Part shown: in pieces, positions 49,387 through 58,775 of the stretch
Layout: each line of letters starts with the position of its first letter
Position numbering within the stretch: position 1 is the stretch's first letter
DNA from: Acidimicrobiales bacterium
GTDB lineage: Bacteria; Actinomycetota; Acidimicrobiia; Acidimicrobiales; AC-14
Direction of reading: 5' to 3'
Assembly (NCBI GenBank): GCA_036269435.1
Contig: DATASA010000110.1
Coordinates: forward strand, 5,441-69,440
Length of the DNA: 64,000 nucleotides
Made by a program: the position numbers and the translations under genes
The notes under the pieces: model-generated
What the model saw: the letters and a program-made list of their open reading frames with translations, nothing else
The model's database searches: none
What the model was told of the DNA's origin: nothing

Positions 49387-50700
49387 TCACGCCGCCGGCG
49401 CCGGCGCCGGGGAGGGCGGCCTCGACCGGAAGGGCCAGGCCAGCTGGCGGAGGTAGCCGGCCGGCTCGGCGTCGTCGATCCCGTAGCGCGCCGGCATCTG
49501 TCCCTTCGGCAGGTGCGCGGTGCCGAACAGGAGGTCGATCAGGGGGAACTCGCCGGCGAAGTTCGAGTTGTAGGCGGCCGGGTCGTTGGCGTGATGCCAG
49601 TGGTGGAACTCCGGCGTGGCGATCAGCCAGCGCAGCGGGCCGAACTTCACCCGGACGTTGGCGTGGATGAAGATCGCCTGGAAGGTGAGCACGACCAGGT
49701 ACCCGCCCAGGCTGGCCCGGGTGAAGCCCAGCGCGTAGAGCGGCAGCACGGCGCACGACCGGGTGAACGTCTGGTCGACCGGATGCAGGTGGCTGGCCGC
49801 CAGCCAGTCCATTTGGCGAATGCTGTGGTGGACCTTGTGGAACCGCCACAGGAACGGGACCGCGTGGGCGGCCCGGTGGCCGGCGTAGCCGCCCAGCTCG
49901 GCGACCATGAACGCCTCGACGAACTGGAGCCAGGCCGGCTCGCCGGCGATCCCCGACCGCAGCGCGCCCGGCACGGCGGCCCGCAGGAGCGAGCCCACCA
50001 CGACCACGCTCACGAACAGCCCGACGTTGAGCAGCAGCCCGTTGACCACGAAGTGGACCAGGTCGGTCCGCCAGCCGTCCCGCAGGACCCGCTGCGGATG
50101 CAGGGCCAGCACCCGTTCCAGCGGGACGAACACCACGGCCAGCACCACCAGGCCGAAGGTGATCCTGCTCCGCACGGTGAGGGCGACCAGCAGGACGACC
50201 AGCGTGGCCAGCGCGAGCAGCGCGCCGCCGGCGGTCAGCTCGGCGGCCGGTGAGGGCGGCCGGTCGAAGGGAGCGGATCGGGGATAGGGCGGATCGGGAT
50301 CGGTCGTCCGGCGCGGCTGGGCGTCGGGGGCCACCGGTCCGCGGTCCTCCGGCCGGGCCAGCAGGACGCAGGCCGCGAGAGCCAGGGCGACGTTCACCGT
50401 CGCGATCAGCGGCCGGACACCGATCCGGCTCAGCGCGACCAGCCCGACGAGCACCTCGAGCGTCAGCCCGACCGTGCGACCTTGCGCGGTATTGGCCCAA
50501 GGGTGGGCCTTCATGACGGCGACGGCGACAGCCACCAGCCCGGCGGCCACCACGATCGTGAGCAGGCCGGCGGCGGCGAGACCGCGCCCCGGGTGGCGCC
50601 GGCCCGCCCGGAGAAGGGCCAAGCCGACGACCAGGCCCAGGAACGCCTGCACGCCGACCACGGCGGCCGTGGCGCCACGAACCTTCCGACGATCCGTCAC
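49387..50700 (-). CDS. Fatty acid hydroxylase / sterol desaturase-family membrane protein with extra N-terminal TM domain
   Basis: GTG 50700 overlaps the TetR stop (GTGA 50697-50700). His boxes HRAAH, HKVHH, HHWHH. ~190-aa N-terminal multi-TM extension. Confidence 0.8.
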   Translation of the reverse strand: MTDRRKVRGATAAVVGVQAFLGLVVGLALLRAGRRHPGRGLAAAGLLTIVVAAGLVAVAVAVMKAHPWANTAQGRTVGLTLEVLVGLVALSRIGVRPLIATVNVALALAACVLLARPEDRGPVAPDAQPRRTTDPDPPYPRSAPFDRPPSPAAELTAGGALLALATLVVLLVALTVRSRITFGLVVLAVVFVPLERVLALHPQRVLRDGWRTDLVHFVVNGLLLNVGLFVSVVVVGSLLRAAVPGALRSGIAGEPAWLQFVEAFMVAELGGYAGHRAAHAVPFLWRFHKVHHSIRQMDWLAASHLHPVDQTFTRSCAVLPLYALGFTRASLGGYLVVLTFQAIFIHANVRVKFGPLRWLIATPEFHHWHHANDPAAYNSNFAGEFPLIDLLFGTAHLPKGQMPARYGIDDAEPAGYLRQLAWPFRSRPPSPAPAPAA

Positions 50701-51284
50701 GGGCGACGTCCTCCCTTTCTGTCGGACAGCGCGCCGAGCGTGGCCAGGACGGTGGTGACGTAGACGTCGGCCGCGGCCTGCTGCGCCGCCGGCGACGTCC
50801 GGGCGTGGGCGACGGCGCCGACCATGGCCGCCCGCAGCGTCGTCGCCGCCGCCGCCGCGGTGGCCGGGGCGAGGCCCAGGTCGCGCTCGAGCCCGGCGGC
50901 CCACCCCGTTTCCTTGTCGCTCCACCGCGCCCGCCGGGCCCGCTCCACCTCCGGATCGGCCGACCCGCTGTCCACGAGGCCCCGGATGTTCGGGCCCTGG
51001 CGGGCCGCAGTGTCGACCAGCGCGTCGAACGTCGCTCGCAGCCGTTCGGCGGGGGTGCGAGCGGCCGCGGCCCGGATGGCGACTTCGGCGTCGATCTCGG
51101 CCCAGGTCCGGGCCAGCACGGCCAGCACGAGCTGGGTGCGGTTGGCGAAGTGGTCGTAGACGACCGGCTTCGACACCCCGGCACGGTCGGCCAGGCGCTC
51201 CATGGTGAGCGCCGCCGGGCCTTCCGCCTCCACCAGCGCGCCGGCGGCGTCGAGCAGCTGCGCTCGCCGGTCGTCCTTGCTCAT
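50697..51284 (-). CDS. TetR-family transcriptional regulator
   Basis: ATG 51284 (MSKDDRRAQLL); the track ORF starts at GTG 51296. HTH LTMERLADRAGVSKPVVYDHF. Confidence 0.88.
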   Translation of the reverse strand: MSKDDRRAQLLDAAGALVEAEGPAALTMERLADRAGVSKPVVYDHFANRTQLVLAVLARTWAEIDAEVAIRAAAARTPAERLRATFDALVDTAARQGPNIRGLVDSGSADPEVERARRARWSDKETGWAAGLERDLGLAPATAAAAATTLRAAMVGAVAHARTSPAAQQAAADVYVTTVLATLGALSDRKGGRRP

Positions 51285-51295
51285 GCGAAGGTTCA

Positions 51296-51315
51296 CTACG
51301 CCTACGTAACCGTAG
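51296..51315. promoter_or_regulatory. Imperfect palindrome, candidate TetR operator
   Basis: CTACGCCTACGTAACCGTAG: 16 of 20 positions self-complementary around a central TACGTA. It lies 12 nt upstream of the TetR ATG (51284) and ~95 nt upstream of the divergent pfpI-like ATG (51410). Confidence 0.4.
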
Positions 51316-51409
51316 ATATGGGCCGCTTGTCAAGCCGGTGTTCCGGGTTTGAACGAGGGGTGGACGGGTAGCCCGCGCGGGTTCCGAGACGAGTCGCGGA
51401 GGTCGCAGC

Positions 51410-51976
51410 ATGTCGGGCGAGCTGGCAGGCAGGAAGATCGGTTTCGTGGTCGCCAACGAGGGGATCGAGCAGGTCGAGCTGACCCGCCCCTGGGATGCGG
51501 TCAAGGAGGCGGGCGGCGATCCACGGCTCATCGCACCCGAGGGCGGCTCGGTCCAGGCCATGAACCACCTGGACAAGGGCGACACGTTCCCGGTCGACGC
51601 CACCTTCGACGATGTGACTCCCGAGGAGTTCGACGCCATCGTCCTGCCGGGCGGGGTCGCCAATCCCGACCGGCTCCGCACCATCGCCCCGGCCGTCGAC
51701 TGGGTCCGGCGGTTCGTCGAGTCCGGTCGGACGACGGCCGTCATCTGCCACGCCCCGTGGACCCTCGTCGAGGCCGGCGTCGTCGCTGGCCGGACCCTGA
51801 CCTCGTGGCCGAGCCTGCGGACCGACATCGCCAATGCAGGGGGGAACTGGGTCGACGAGGAGGTCGTCGTCGACGGGAACCTCCTCACCAGCCGCAAGCC
51901 GGACGACCTGGACGCCTTCTGCGCCGCCCTGGTGAAGGCCGCGGCCCAGGACACGTCCCGGTCATCCGCCGCCTAG
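51410..51976 (+). CDS. DJ-1/PfpI-family protein
   Basis: 188 aa: KIGFVVANEGIEQVEL, nucleophile elbow AVICHAPW, LLTSRKPDDL. Confidence 0.9.
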   Translation: MSGELAGRKIGFVVANEGIEQVELTRPWDAVKEAGGDPRLIAPEGGSVQAMNHLDKGDTFPVDATFDDVTPEEFDAIVLPGGVANPDRLRTIAPAVDWVRRFVESGRTTAVICHAPWTLVEAGVVAGRTLTSWPSLRTDIANAGGNWVDEEVVVDGNLLTSRKPDDLDAFCAALVKAAAQDTSRSSAA

Positions 51977-52030
51977 GGAGCCGCTCCCGGGAGCGCCCCG
52001 GCCGGCCGTAGACTGGCCGGCGGGGGGAGC

Positions 52031-52942
52031 ATGGCCGGGTCTGCTGTCGCACGGAGAACGAGAACGGCAGGACGGCGGTCGGGCTGGGGCGTCGTCCTCG
52101 TCGCTCTGCTGATGGCGACGACGGCGTGTGGCGGTGGTGGTGGCGCCAAATCCGGTGGCGGGAGCGCCGATCCGTTGGCCGCGCCGGCGGCCAAGCTCGA
52201 CGCCTGCCCGGCCAAAGACCACACCGACACGGTCGGGAACCGCGGGCTGACGGCCAACGACATCGCCAACCTGCCGCTCAGCTACACCTTTCTCAAGGTC
52301 GCAGCCGACGGGTGCACGCCGCTGCGCTTCAACCCCTGCGAGCCGGTCCATTACGTGCAGAACGGCGCCGCCGCGCCCCCGTTCGTCGTCGAGAACGTCC
52401 GGGAGGCGTTCCGGCGACTGTCGGAGGCCACCGGCATCACCTTCGTCGACGACGGGATGACGGACGAGACCGACCGGACCACGGCGTACGTCCCCGACCG
52501 CTACGGCACCCGGTGGGCCCCCATCCTGATCGCCTGGGTGCACTTCCCCGACTCGCAGACCAACGGTGCCCAGCAGATACTCGGCAACACACTGCCGCTG
52601 AGCGTCGGCGGCGTCACCGTGTCGGCCCGCCTGCGCTTCAACGTCGACGCCTACAACGACGAGTCGACCAAGGCCCCGATCGGCGACGGGTTCGGGCCTC
52701 CGGCCGCCAGCGGCACCGGCCCCATCGGCCGCAACAACATCACGTGGGGGCGGATCGTCCTGCACGAGCTGGCCCACGTCGCCGGCCTCGGCCACACCAG
52801 CGACCCCGGCTCGCTCATGTATCCGGACGCCGCCCAACAGACGATCCGCCCGACCGGGTTCTCCAAGACCGACCTGACCGGCCTGCGTTACCTCGGCAAG
52901 GACGCCGGCTGCCTCCAGACCCCTCCCCTCCCGGCCAGCTGA
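52031..52942 (+). CDS. Metzincin-type zinc metalloprotease lipoprotein
   Basis: Lipobox LLMATTAC. HELAHVAGLGH (HExxHxxGxxH) followed by SLMYP (Met-turn). Confidence 0.8.
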   Translation: MAGSAVARRTRTAGRRSGWGVVLVALLMATTACGGGGGAKSGGGSADPLAAPAAKLDACPAKDHTDTVGNRGLTANDIANLPLSYTFLKVAADGCTPLRFNPCEPVHYVQNGAAAPPFVVENVREAFRRLSEATGITFVDDGMTDETDRTTAYVPDRYGTRWAPILIAWVHFPDSQTNGAQQILGNTLPLSVGGVTVSARLRFNVDAYNDESTKAPIGDGFGPPAASGTGPIGRNNITWGRIVLHELAHVAGLGHTSDPGSLMYPDAAQQTIRPTGFSKTDLTGLRYLGKDAGCLQTPPLPAS

Positions 52943-52998
52943 CCCGGCTCACCGGTCCCCGGCGCGGGGAGGAGGCTCGCTCCGAACGAAGGCCGCCC

Positions 52999-54027
52999 TC
53001 ACGCCGACTTGCGGCGGGAGCGGGCCGCGGGCTTGGCCGGCGACGAGCGCTTCTGCGCTGACGCGCCCGCCCGCGGCTTCTTGGCCGCCGGCTTCTTGGC
53101 CGGCGGCTTCTTGGCCGGCGGGCGCTTCGACGCGGCGCCGTCGTTCTCGGCCGGCGGGTCCGCGTCCTGCGCCGGCCCGCCGTCCGCGGATGCCAGGTCC
53201 TCGGCCGCCTTGGCCACTTCAGCCGCCAGCGTGCGGCCGCCGCCCTTTTTGGCTGCGGCCAGGCTGGCCTCCAGCGCAGCCATGAGATCGAGCACGTTGC
53301 CGTCGGCAGGCGCCTCGGGCTCGACCACGATCTCCTTGCCCTTGGCCTTGGCCTCGATGAGCTGCCGCAGCTCCTCGGTGTAGGTGTCGTGGTAGCGGGC
53401 CGGGTCCCAGTCGGTGGCGAGCGATCCGATGATCTGGGAGGCGAGCTCGAGCTCCTTCGCGTCCGGCTTGGCCCGCTTGGCCGACGACAACGCGTCGACG
53501 TCGGACTGCGGGACCACCTCGTCGGCGAAGCGCATGGTCGACATGGCCAGCGCCCCGTCGAGGGGCCGGACGGCGGCCAGGTACTGCTTGTTGCGCATCA
53601 CGACCGTTCCGATGCCGACCTTGCCCTCGGCCTCCATGGCCGCCAGCAGGAGCCGGTAGGGCCGCTCGGCGGCCTCACCGTCGGGAGCCAGCCAGTAGGT
53701 GCGCTCGTAGTACACGGGGTCGACGTCGGACAGGTTCACGAAGTCGGCGACCTCGATGGTGCGGCTGGTTCGGGGGCGCAGGCGCTGAAGCTCGTCCGGG
53801 TCGACCACGACGTACGCCCCGGAGGCGACCTCATAGGCCGACTCGATCGCGTCGGAGTCGAGCTCCTTGCCGGTCTTCTCCGACACCTTCTTGTACTGGA
53901 TGCGGGCGCCGGTCCGCTTCTCCAGCTGGTTGAAGTGCACGCCGTGGTCCCGGACGGCCGCGTACGCCTTCACCGGCACGCTCACCAGGCCGAAGCTGAT
54001 GGACCCGCTCCAGATCGCTCTTGGCAT
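52999..54027 (-). CDS. ku: Non-homologous end-joining protein Ku with basic C-terminal tail
   Basis: ATG 54027 preceded by GGGGGTGAGG. MPRAIWSGSISFGLVSVPVKAYAA, YERTYWLAPD, KVGIGTVVMRNKQYLAAV. Tail KRPPAKKPPAKKPAAKKPRA. Confidence 0.92.
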   Translation of the reverse strand: MPRAIWSGSISFGLVSVPVKAYAAVRDHGVHFNQLEKRTGARIQYKKVSEKTGKELDSDAIESAYEVASGAYVVVDPDELQRLRPRTSRTIEVADFVNLSDVDPVYYERTYWLAPDGEAAERPYRLLLAAMEAEGKVGIGTVVMRNKQYLAAVRPLDGALAMSTMRFADEVVPQSDVDALSSAKRAKPDAKELELASQIIGSLATDWDPARYHDTYTEELRQLIEAKAKGKEIVVEPEAPADGNVLDLMAALEASLAAAKKGGGRTLAAEVAKAAEDLASADGGPAQDADPPAENDGAASKRPPAKKPPAKKPAAKKPRAGASAQKRSSPAKPAARSRRKSA

Positions 54028-54178
54028 CCTCACCCCCTACCCGCGGGCGGCCGGCGGAATGCGGTGCGATCGGTGACGGCCCGGCGGCCGACGGGCCGCA
54101 CAGCACGGTGACGCGTATTTCGGAGCGGCGGATGCCGCGGCTTGCCAACAATGGTGTCGGCCGCCGGAGGAGACCTGG

Positions 54179-54433
54179 ATGGACGTGTACAGCAGCCTCA
54201 TCAAGCAGATGTCGGACGCTCGGGTCGCCGAGCTCCGTCGCGAGGCGACCGCGCGCGCCACCTACCGGTCGGCCCGGGCCCGGTCGCTCGCCGCGGCCCG
54301 AGCCCGATTCGTGGCGTGGCTCGATCGCGGCCGGAACAACCGCCGGGTCACCGAGCCGGTCGCCGTCGCCCCCGCCGTCGCGCTGACCGGTGCCGCGCCT
54401 GCAGTCGACGAGGAGCTGCGCCGCACCGCCTGA
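54179..54433 (+). CDS. Small hypothetical protein
   Basis: 84-aa ORF with high GC3; ATG preceded by GGAGGAG at about -8. Confidence 0.5.
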   Translation: MDVYSSLIKQMSDARVAELRREATARATYRSARARSLAAARARFVAWLDRGRNNRRVTEPVAVAPAVALTGAAPAVDEELRRTA

Positions 54434-54453
54434 TGTGGGGCGCCGGACCGGAC

Positions 54454-55074
54454 CTACGACCGGCGGCCGGCCGGTTCGGGGACCTGCGACGTGCGGCCAC
54501 TGACGAGGGGCCGCAGCGGGGAGCGGTCGAGGGCACCGACCAGCGAGCGCAGCACCGGGACCGCAACCAGGCCACCGGCGACGACCACCGCCGCGCCCAC
54601 GACCAGGCCGGCCAGGACGTCGCCCGGGTAGTGGGCTCCGACGTAGACCCGGGCCGCGGCCAGCACCACCGCCAGCACGGCGGCCAGCACGCCGAGGCGG
54701 CGGTCGACGAACAGCAGGCCGGCGGCGACGGCGCCGACGGCGACGGCATGGTCGCTGGGGAAGGAGAAGTCGCCCGTCTTGGCGATCAGGACGTGGACGG
54801 TCGGCATCGCCGCGTAGGGCCGGGCCCGGCCGACCGCCTGGCCCAGAATCTGGTTGACGCCCACCGCGACCAGCGTTCCCGCGCCGGCCCACACGGCTGC
54901 GGCCACCGCATCGAGGTCGCCGGCCCTACGGGCCTCCCACCAACCGACCAACAGGAGCACTGCGAAGAGCACGATCCCGTATTTGGCGTCGGCCACCGCC
55001 GGCCCGTGGGCCCACCCCGTCCGGTCGGCCAGGCGGTTCACGGCCCGGAACAGCGAGGCGTCGATGCGGTGCAC
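54454..55074 (-). CDS. PAP2-family phosphatase (membrane)
   Basis: 206 aa: GRARP, FPSDHA, RVYVGAHYPGDV (the three PAP2 motifs); 5-6 TM segments. Confidence 0.85.
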   Translation of the reverse strand: MHRIDASLFRAVNRLADRTGWAHGPAVADAKYGIVLFAVLLLVGWWEARRAGDLDAVAAAVWAGAGTLVAVGVNQILGQAVGRARPYAAMPTVHVLIAKTGDFSFPSDHAVAVGAVAAGLLFVDRRLGVLAAVLAVVLAAARVYVGAHYPGDVLAGLVVGAAVVVAGGLVAVPVLRSLVGALDRSPLRPLVSGRTSQVPEPAGRRS

Positions 55075-55148
55075 GAGCTGAACCTACCGTCGCACCGCAC
55101 CTCGGCCGAACCCGGAAGATGTGCGCCAGGGCGCGCGTTGTACCGTCC

Positions 55149-55433
55149 ATGACCGTTCGCGCCATCTGGAACGACACCGTCCTCGCCGAATCCGACGGCA
55201 CCGTCGTCGTCGAGGGGAACCACTACTTTCCGCCCGACTCCGTCCGCTGGGAGCACCTCGAGAAGGTCGACGGAACCACCGTCTGCCCCTGGAAGGGGAC
55301 GGCCAGCTACTACGACGTGGTCGTCGACGGACGACGGAACGACGGGGCGGCCTGGTACTACCCCGACCCCAAGGAGGCCGCGGCCGAGATCAAGGACCGT
55401 CTGGCGTTCTGGCGGGGCGTCCGGGTCTCCTGA
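55149..55433 (+). CDS. DUF427-family protein
   Basis: ATG 55149 (MTVRAIWNDTVLAES). NHYFPPDSV, TVCPWKGTASYYD. Confidence 0.8.
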   Translation: MTVRAIWNDTVLAESDGTVVVEGNHYFPPDSVRWEHLEKVDGTTVCPWKGTASYYDVVVDGRRNDGAAWYYPDPKEAAAEIKDRLAFWRGVRVS

Positions 55434-55449
55434 GGACTGACGCCCGGCG

Positions 55450-55881
55450 TCACACCCGGGCCAAGAGCTGCAGGCCCTCCTCCCGGTAGCGGCGGGCGGC
55501 CGACAGTCGGCGCGAGGGGTTGCCGCCGCACAGCTCCATGAACCGGGCGATGGCCTCCTCGGTCTGGGCCTGCTCGAGGCGGACTGTGCCGAGCTCGTTG
55601 GCCGGCGACTCGTCGAACGCCGAGTTCAGGTTGGCTTCCGACTTGGCCAGCCAGCGGGCGGCCTGGTCGAGGAACTCCTGGCCGAAGTCGGGCTGCTCGA
55701 CCGCTTTGCGCATGCGCTGCTCGGCCACGCGGCGCGAGCAGATGCCCCGCATCTGGCGGCAGTAGTAGTTGCGGGCGGTGCCCGCCGACTGAGCCTTGCC
55801 GTAGGTGATGTGGGCTTCCTTGAAGTTCCCGCGGGCGTACTCCTCGTCCGCAGCTGCGATCAGATCCTCGTATGCGTTCAC
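55450..55881 (-). CDS. Hypothetical helical protein
   Basis: GTG 55881 preceded by GGGGGAGAG..GAAGG (VNAYEDLIAAADEEYARGNFKEAHITYGKAQ); TPR-like feel. The longer track ORF would overlap the ppc stop. Confidence 0.55.
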   Translation of the reverse strand: MNAYEDLIAAADEEYARGNFKEAHITYGKAQSAGTARNYYCRQMRGICSRRVAEQRMRKAVEQPDFGQEFLDQAARWLAKSEANLNSAFDESPANELGTVRLEQAQTEEAIARFMELCGGNPSRRLSAARRYREEGLQLLARV

Positions 55882-55939
55882 GGTGCCTTCTGCTCTCCCC
55901 CGGTTGCAGCGGTCGTGTCGGTTTCGCGGTGCGGTGTTC

Positions 55940-58708
55940 CTAGCCGGTATTTCGTAGTCCATTGGCGATGCCGTTGACGGTCAGCAGCAGGGCCCGCCAC
56001 AGCTCCGGATCCTGCCCGTCGCTCGCCCGCAGGCGCGACAGCAGCGAGACCTGGAGGTAGCTGATCGGGTCCAGGTAGGCGTCGCGCACGTCGAGCGTCT
56101 GGCGCAGCAGCGGGTGGTGGTCGAGCAGGCGCTCCTTGCCGGTGAGCCACAGGACCTGCTCGATGGTGCGCCGGTTCTCGTCGACGATGCGCTCGAAGAT
56201 GTCGTGCAGCGACGGGTCGACCAGGCGCTCGACGTAGCGCCGGGCCACGTCGAGGTCGGTCTTGAACAGGACCATCTCGACGTTGGACACGAACGTGCGG
56301 AAGAAGTGCCAGTCCTGGTACATGCCCCGGAGCCGCTGCGACCACCCCACGGCGCGGGCCTGCTCGATCCCCGCGCCCACCCCGAACCAGCCCGGGACGA
56401 TCTGGCGGGACTGGGTCCAGCCGAACACCCATGGGATGGCCCGCAGCGAATCCAACCCGCCGCCCGATGCGCCGCCACTGCGCCGGATCGGGCGGGAGCC
56501 GAGGTTCAGCGCCGCCAGCTCCTCCACCGGCGTCGAGGCCCGGAAGTACTCGACGAGTCGAGGGTCGCGAACGAGCGTGCGGTAGGCGCCGTGGGCCGCG
56601 CTGGACACGACGTCCATGACCTCGTCCCAGTCCTCGATCACGCTGAGCGGCACCCGCGACTCCTTGTGCAGCACCGAAGCCTGGATCACCGCGGCGGTGG
56701 CGAACTCCAGGTTGCGGCGGGCCAGGGTCGGCAGCCCGTATTTGTCGGAGATGACCTCGCCCTGCTCGGTGATCTTGATGGCGCCGTCGAGGGTGCCGTA
56801 CGGCTGGGCCAGGATGGCGTCGCCCGTCGGGCCCCCGCCCCGGCCGACCGTCCCACCCCGGCCGTGGAACAGCCGCAGCAGGACGCCGTGGCGCCCGGCG
56901 ACGTCGCGCAGGGCCCGCTGGGCCCGGTGGATCTCCCACAGCGACGTGGTGATGCCGGCGTCCTTGTTCGAGTCCGAGTAGCCGAGCATGACCTCCTGGA
57001 CGCCGCCCCGCAGGTCGACGAGGCGGCGGTAGCCGGGATCCGACAGGAGCTCGTCGAGGATCGGCCCCGACTCGCGCAACTCGTCGACGGTCTCGAGCAG
57101 CGGCACGAACCCGATGCGGGCCACGTCAGCGGTCAGGTCGACGAGGCCGGCCTCGCGGGCCAGGACGACGGCGGCGAACACGTCGTCCGCCCCCTTGGTC
57201 ATGGAGATGATGTAGCTCTCGATGGCCTCGTCGCCGAAGATGTCGAGCGCCTCCCGCACCGTCTCGAACAGGCGGAGCATGTCCTCGGCCTCACCGTGGA
57301 GCCGGGTGGCGGGCGACTTCAGCGGCCGGGCCGACTGCAGCTCGGCCGACAGGAGCTTGAAGCGCTCGGACCGGGACAGCTCGGCGTAGGGCGGGCTGCC
57401 GTTGTCGAGCCGGTCGAAGAGGACGGCCAGGGCGACGTGGTGGGGCTCGGCGTGCTCGCGGATGTCCATGGTGGCCAGGGCCATGCCGAAGGTGGCGGCG
57501 ACCCGCATGACCCGGTCGACGCTGCAGTGGGCGACCAGGCCGCCCTCGTTCTCCAGCAGCGAGGTCCGCATGACCTCCAGGTCGTCGAGGAGCTGGGAGG
57601 TGCAGGCGTACTCCAGCCCCTCGCGGGGCTGGGCCCCCTCGGCGAGGCGGCGACGGGTGTTCAGCAGTCGCTGGAGGATGTACGAGCACTTCAGCCGGTA
57701 CGGCTCCTCGGCGTTGAGGGTGCCGAACCGGGCGTTGACGTCGGGCAGGGCCGCCCGGTCGGCGGCCAGGCTGGCCTCCAGGTCGGACGAGATGTGGGCC
57801 ACCCGCGTCGACGTGCTCAGCGTGCTCACCAGCCGTTCCACGGCGACGGTCAGGTTGCGCAGGGCGGCCTTGCGCTGCTCGCCCAGGACCTGGAGCGTCA
57901 CCTCCGGGGTCACCGTGGGATTGCCGTCGCGGTCGCCACCGACCCACGTGCCGAAGCGCACGGGGCGGGCCCGGGGCGGGAGGTCCACGCCGAGGCGGGC
58001 GAGGTGGGCGGCCAGGTCGTCGAGCAGGTCGGGCAGGACCACGCCGAACAGCTCGTCGAGGTAGAACACGACCGACCGGGCCTCGTCCGCCGGCGTGGGC
58101 TTGGTCTGGCGCAGGTCGTCGGTCTGCCAGATGAGGTCGACCACCTCGGCGATCTCGCGCGTGGCCCGGCGGCGGTCGTCCTCGGTGGCCCGGGGGTTGG
58201 TGCGCTGGTCGAGCAGCTCGGCGAGCCGGCGCCGCTTGCTGAGGATGGACTGGCGCACGGCCTCGGTCGGATGGGCGGTCAGCACCAGCCGGAGCTCCAA
58301 ACGGTCGATCAGCGCCTGGAGGGCGCCCGGGGCCAGGTCGGCCTGGGCCAGCTCCTCGATGGCCTGGCTGAGCGGTCCCTCCTCGTCGGACAGCTGGGTC
58401 CGCTCGTCGGCCCGGTGGGTCTGCTCGGCGATGTTGGCCAGGTGGAAGTACGCCGAGAAGGCCCGCACCAGCACGGTTGCCGTGGGCAGGTCGAGGCCCG
58501 ACAGCTGTTCGTCGAGGGAGTCGGCGCTGGCCCGCGAGGACGCGTCCCGGGTGGTCCTGCTCAGGTGCCGCACCCGCTCGACGAGGTCGAGCACCTCGCG
58601 GCCCTCGTGGCGCACCAGGGTCTCGCCGAGCAGGCGGCCGAGCAGGCGGATGTCGCCGCGGAGGTCCTCGCCGGCCAGTTCGGTGGCGGACTCCTCCGCA
58701 TCCGACAT
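55940..58708 (-). CDS. ppc: Phosphoenolpyruvate carboxylase
   Basis: ATG 58708 (MSDAEESATEL). VLTAHPTE, GYSDSNKDAG, FHGRGGTVGRGGGP, C-terminal IANGLRNTG. Confidence 0.95.
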   Translation of the reverse strand: MSDAEESATELAGEDLRGDIRLLGRLLGETLVRHEGREVLDLVERVRHLSRTTRDASSRASADSLDEQLSGLDLPTATVLVRAFSAYFHLANIAEQTHRADERTQLSDEEGPLSQAIEELAQADLAPGALQALIDRLELRLVLTAHPTEAVRQSILSKRRRLAELLDQRTNPRATEDDRRRATREIAEVVDLIWQTDDLRQTKPTPADEARSVVFYLDELFGVVLPDLLDDLAAHLARLGVDLPPRARPVRFGTWVGGDRDGNPTVTPEVTLQVLGEQRKAALRNLTVAVERLVSTLSTSTRVAHISSDLEASLAADRAALPDVNARFGTLNAEEPYRLKCSYILQRLLNTRRRLAEGAQPREGLEYACTSQLLDDLEVMRTSLLENEGGLVAHCSVDRVMRVAATFGMALATMDIREHAEPHHVALAVLFDRLDNGSPPYAELSRSERFKLLSAELQSARPLKSPATRLHGEAEDMLRLFETVREALDIFGDEAIESYIISMTKGADDVFAAVVLAREAGLVDLTADVARIGFVPLLETVDELRESGPILDELLSDPGYRRLVDLRGGVQEVMLGYSDSNKDAGITTSLWEIHRAQRALRDVAGRHGVLLRLFHGRGGTVGRGGGPTGDAILAQPYGTLDGAIKITEQGEVISDKYGLPTLARRNLEFATAAVIQASVLHKESRVPLSVIEDWDEVMDVVSSAAHGAYRTLVRDPRLVEYFRASTPVEELAALNLGSRPIRRSGGASGGGLDSLRAIPWVFGWTQSRQIVPGWFGVGAGIEQARAVGWSQRLRGMYQDWHFFRTFVSNVEMVLFKTDLDVARRYVERLVDPSLHDIFERIVDENRRTIEQVLWLTGKERLLDHHPLLRQTLDVRDAYLDPISYLQVSLLSRLRASDGQDPELWRALLLTVNGIANGLRNTG

Positions 58709-58775
58709 GGGCGCCAGCCTACGGCGCCTCAGCGAGGCTGTCTTCGTCGTCCGGTCCCTCTGGCACAGTGCCACG

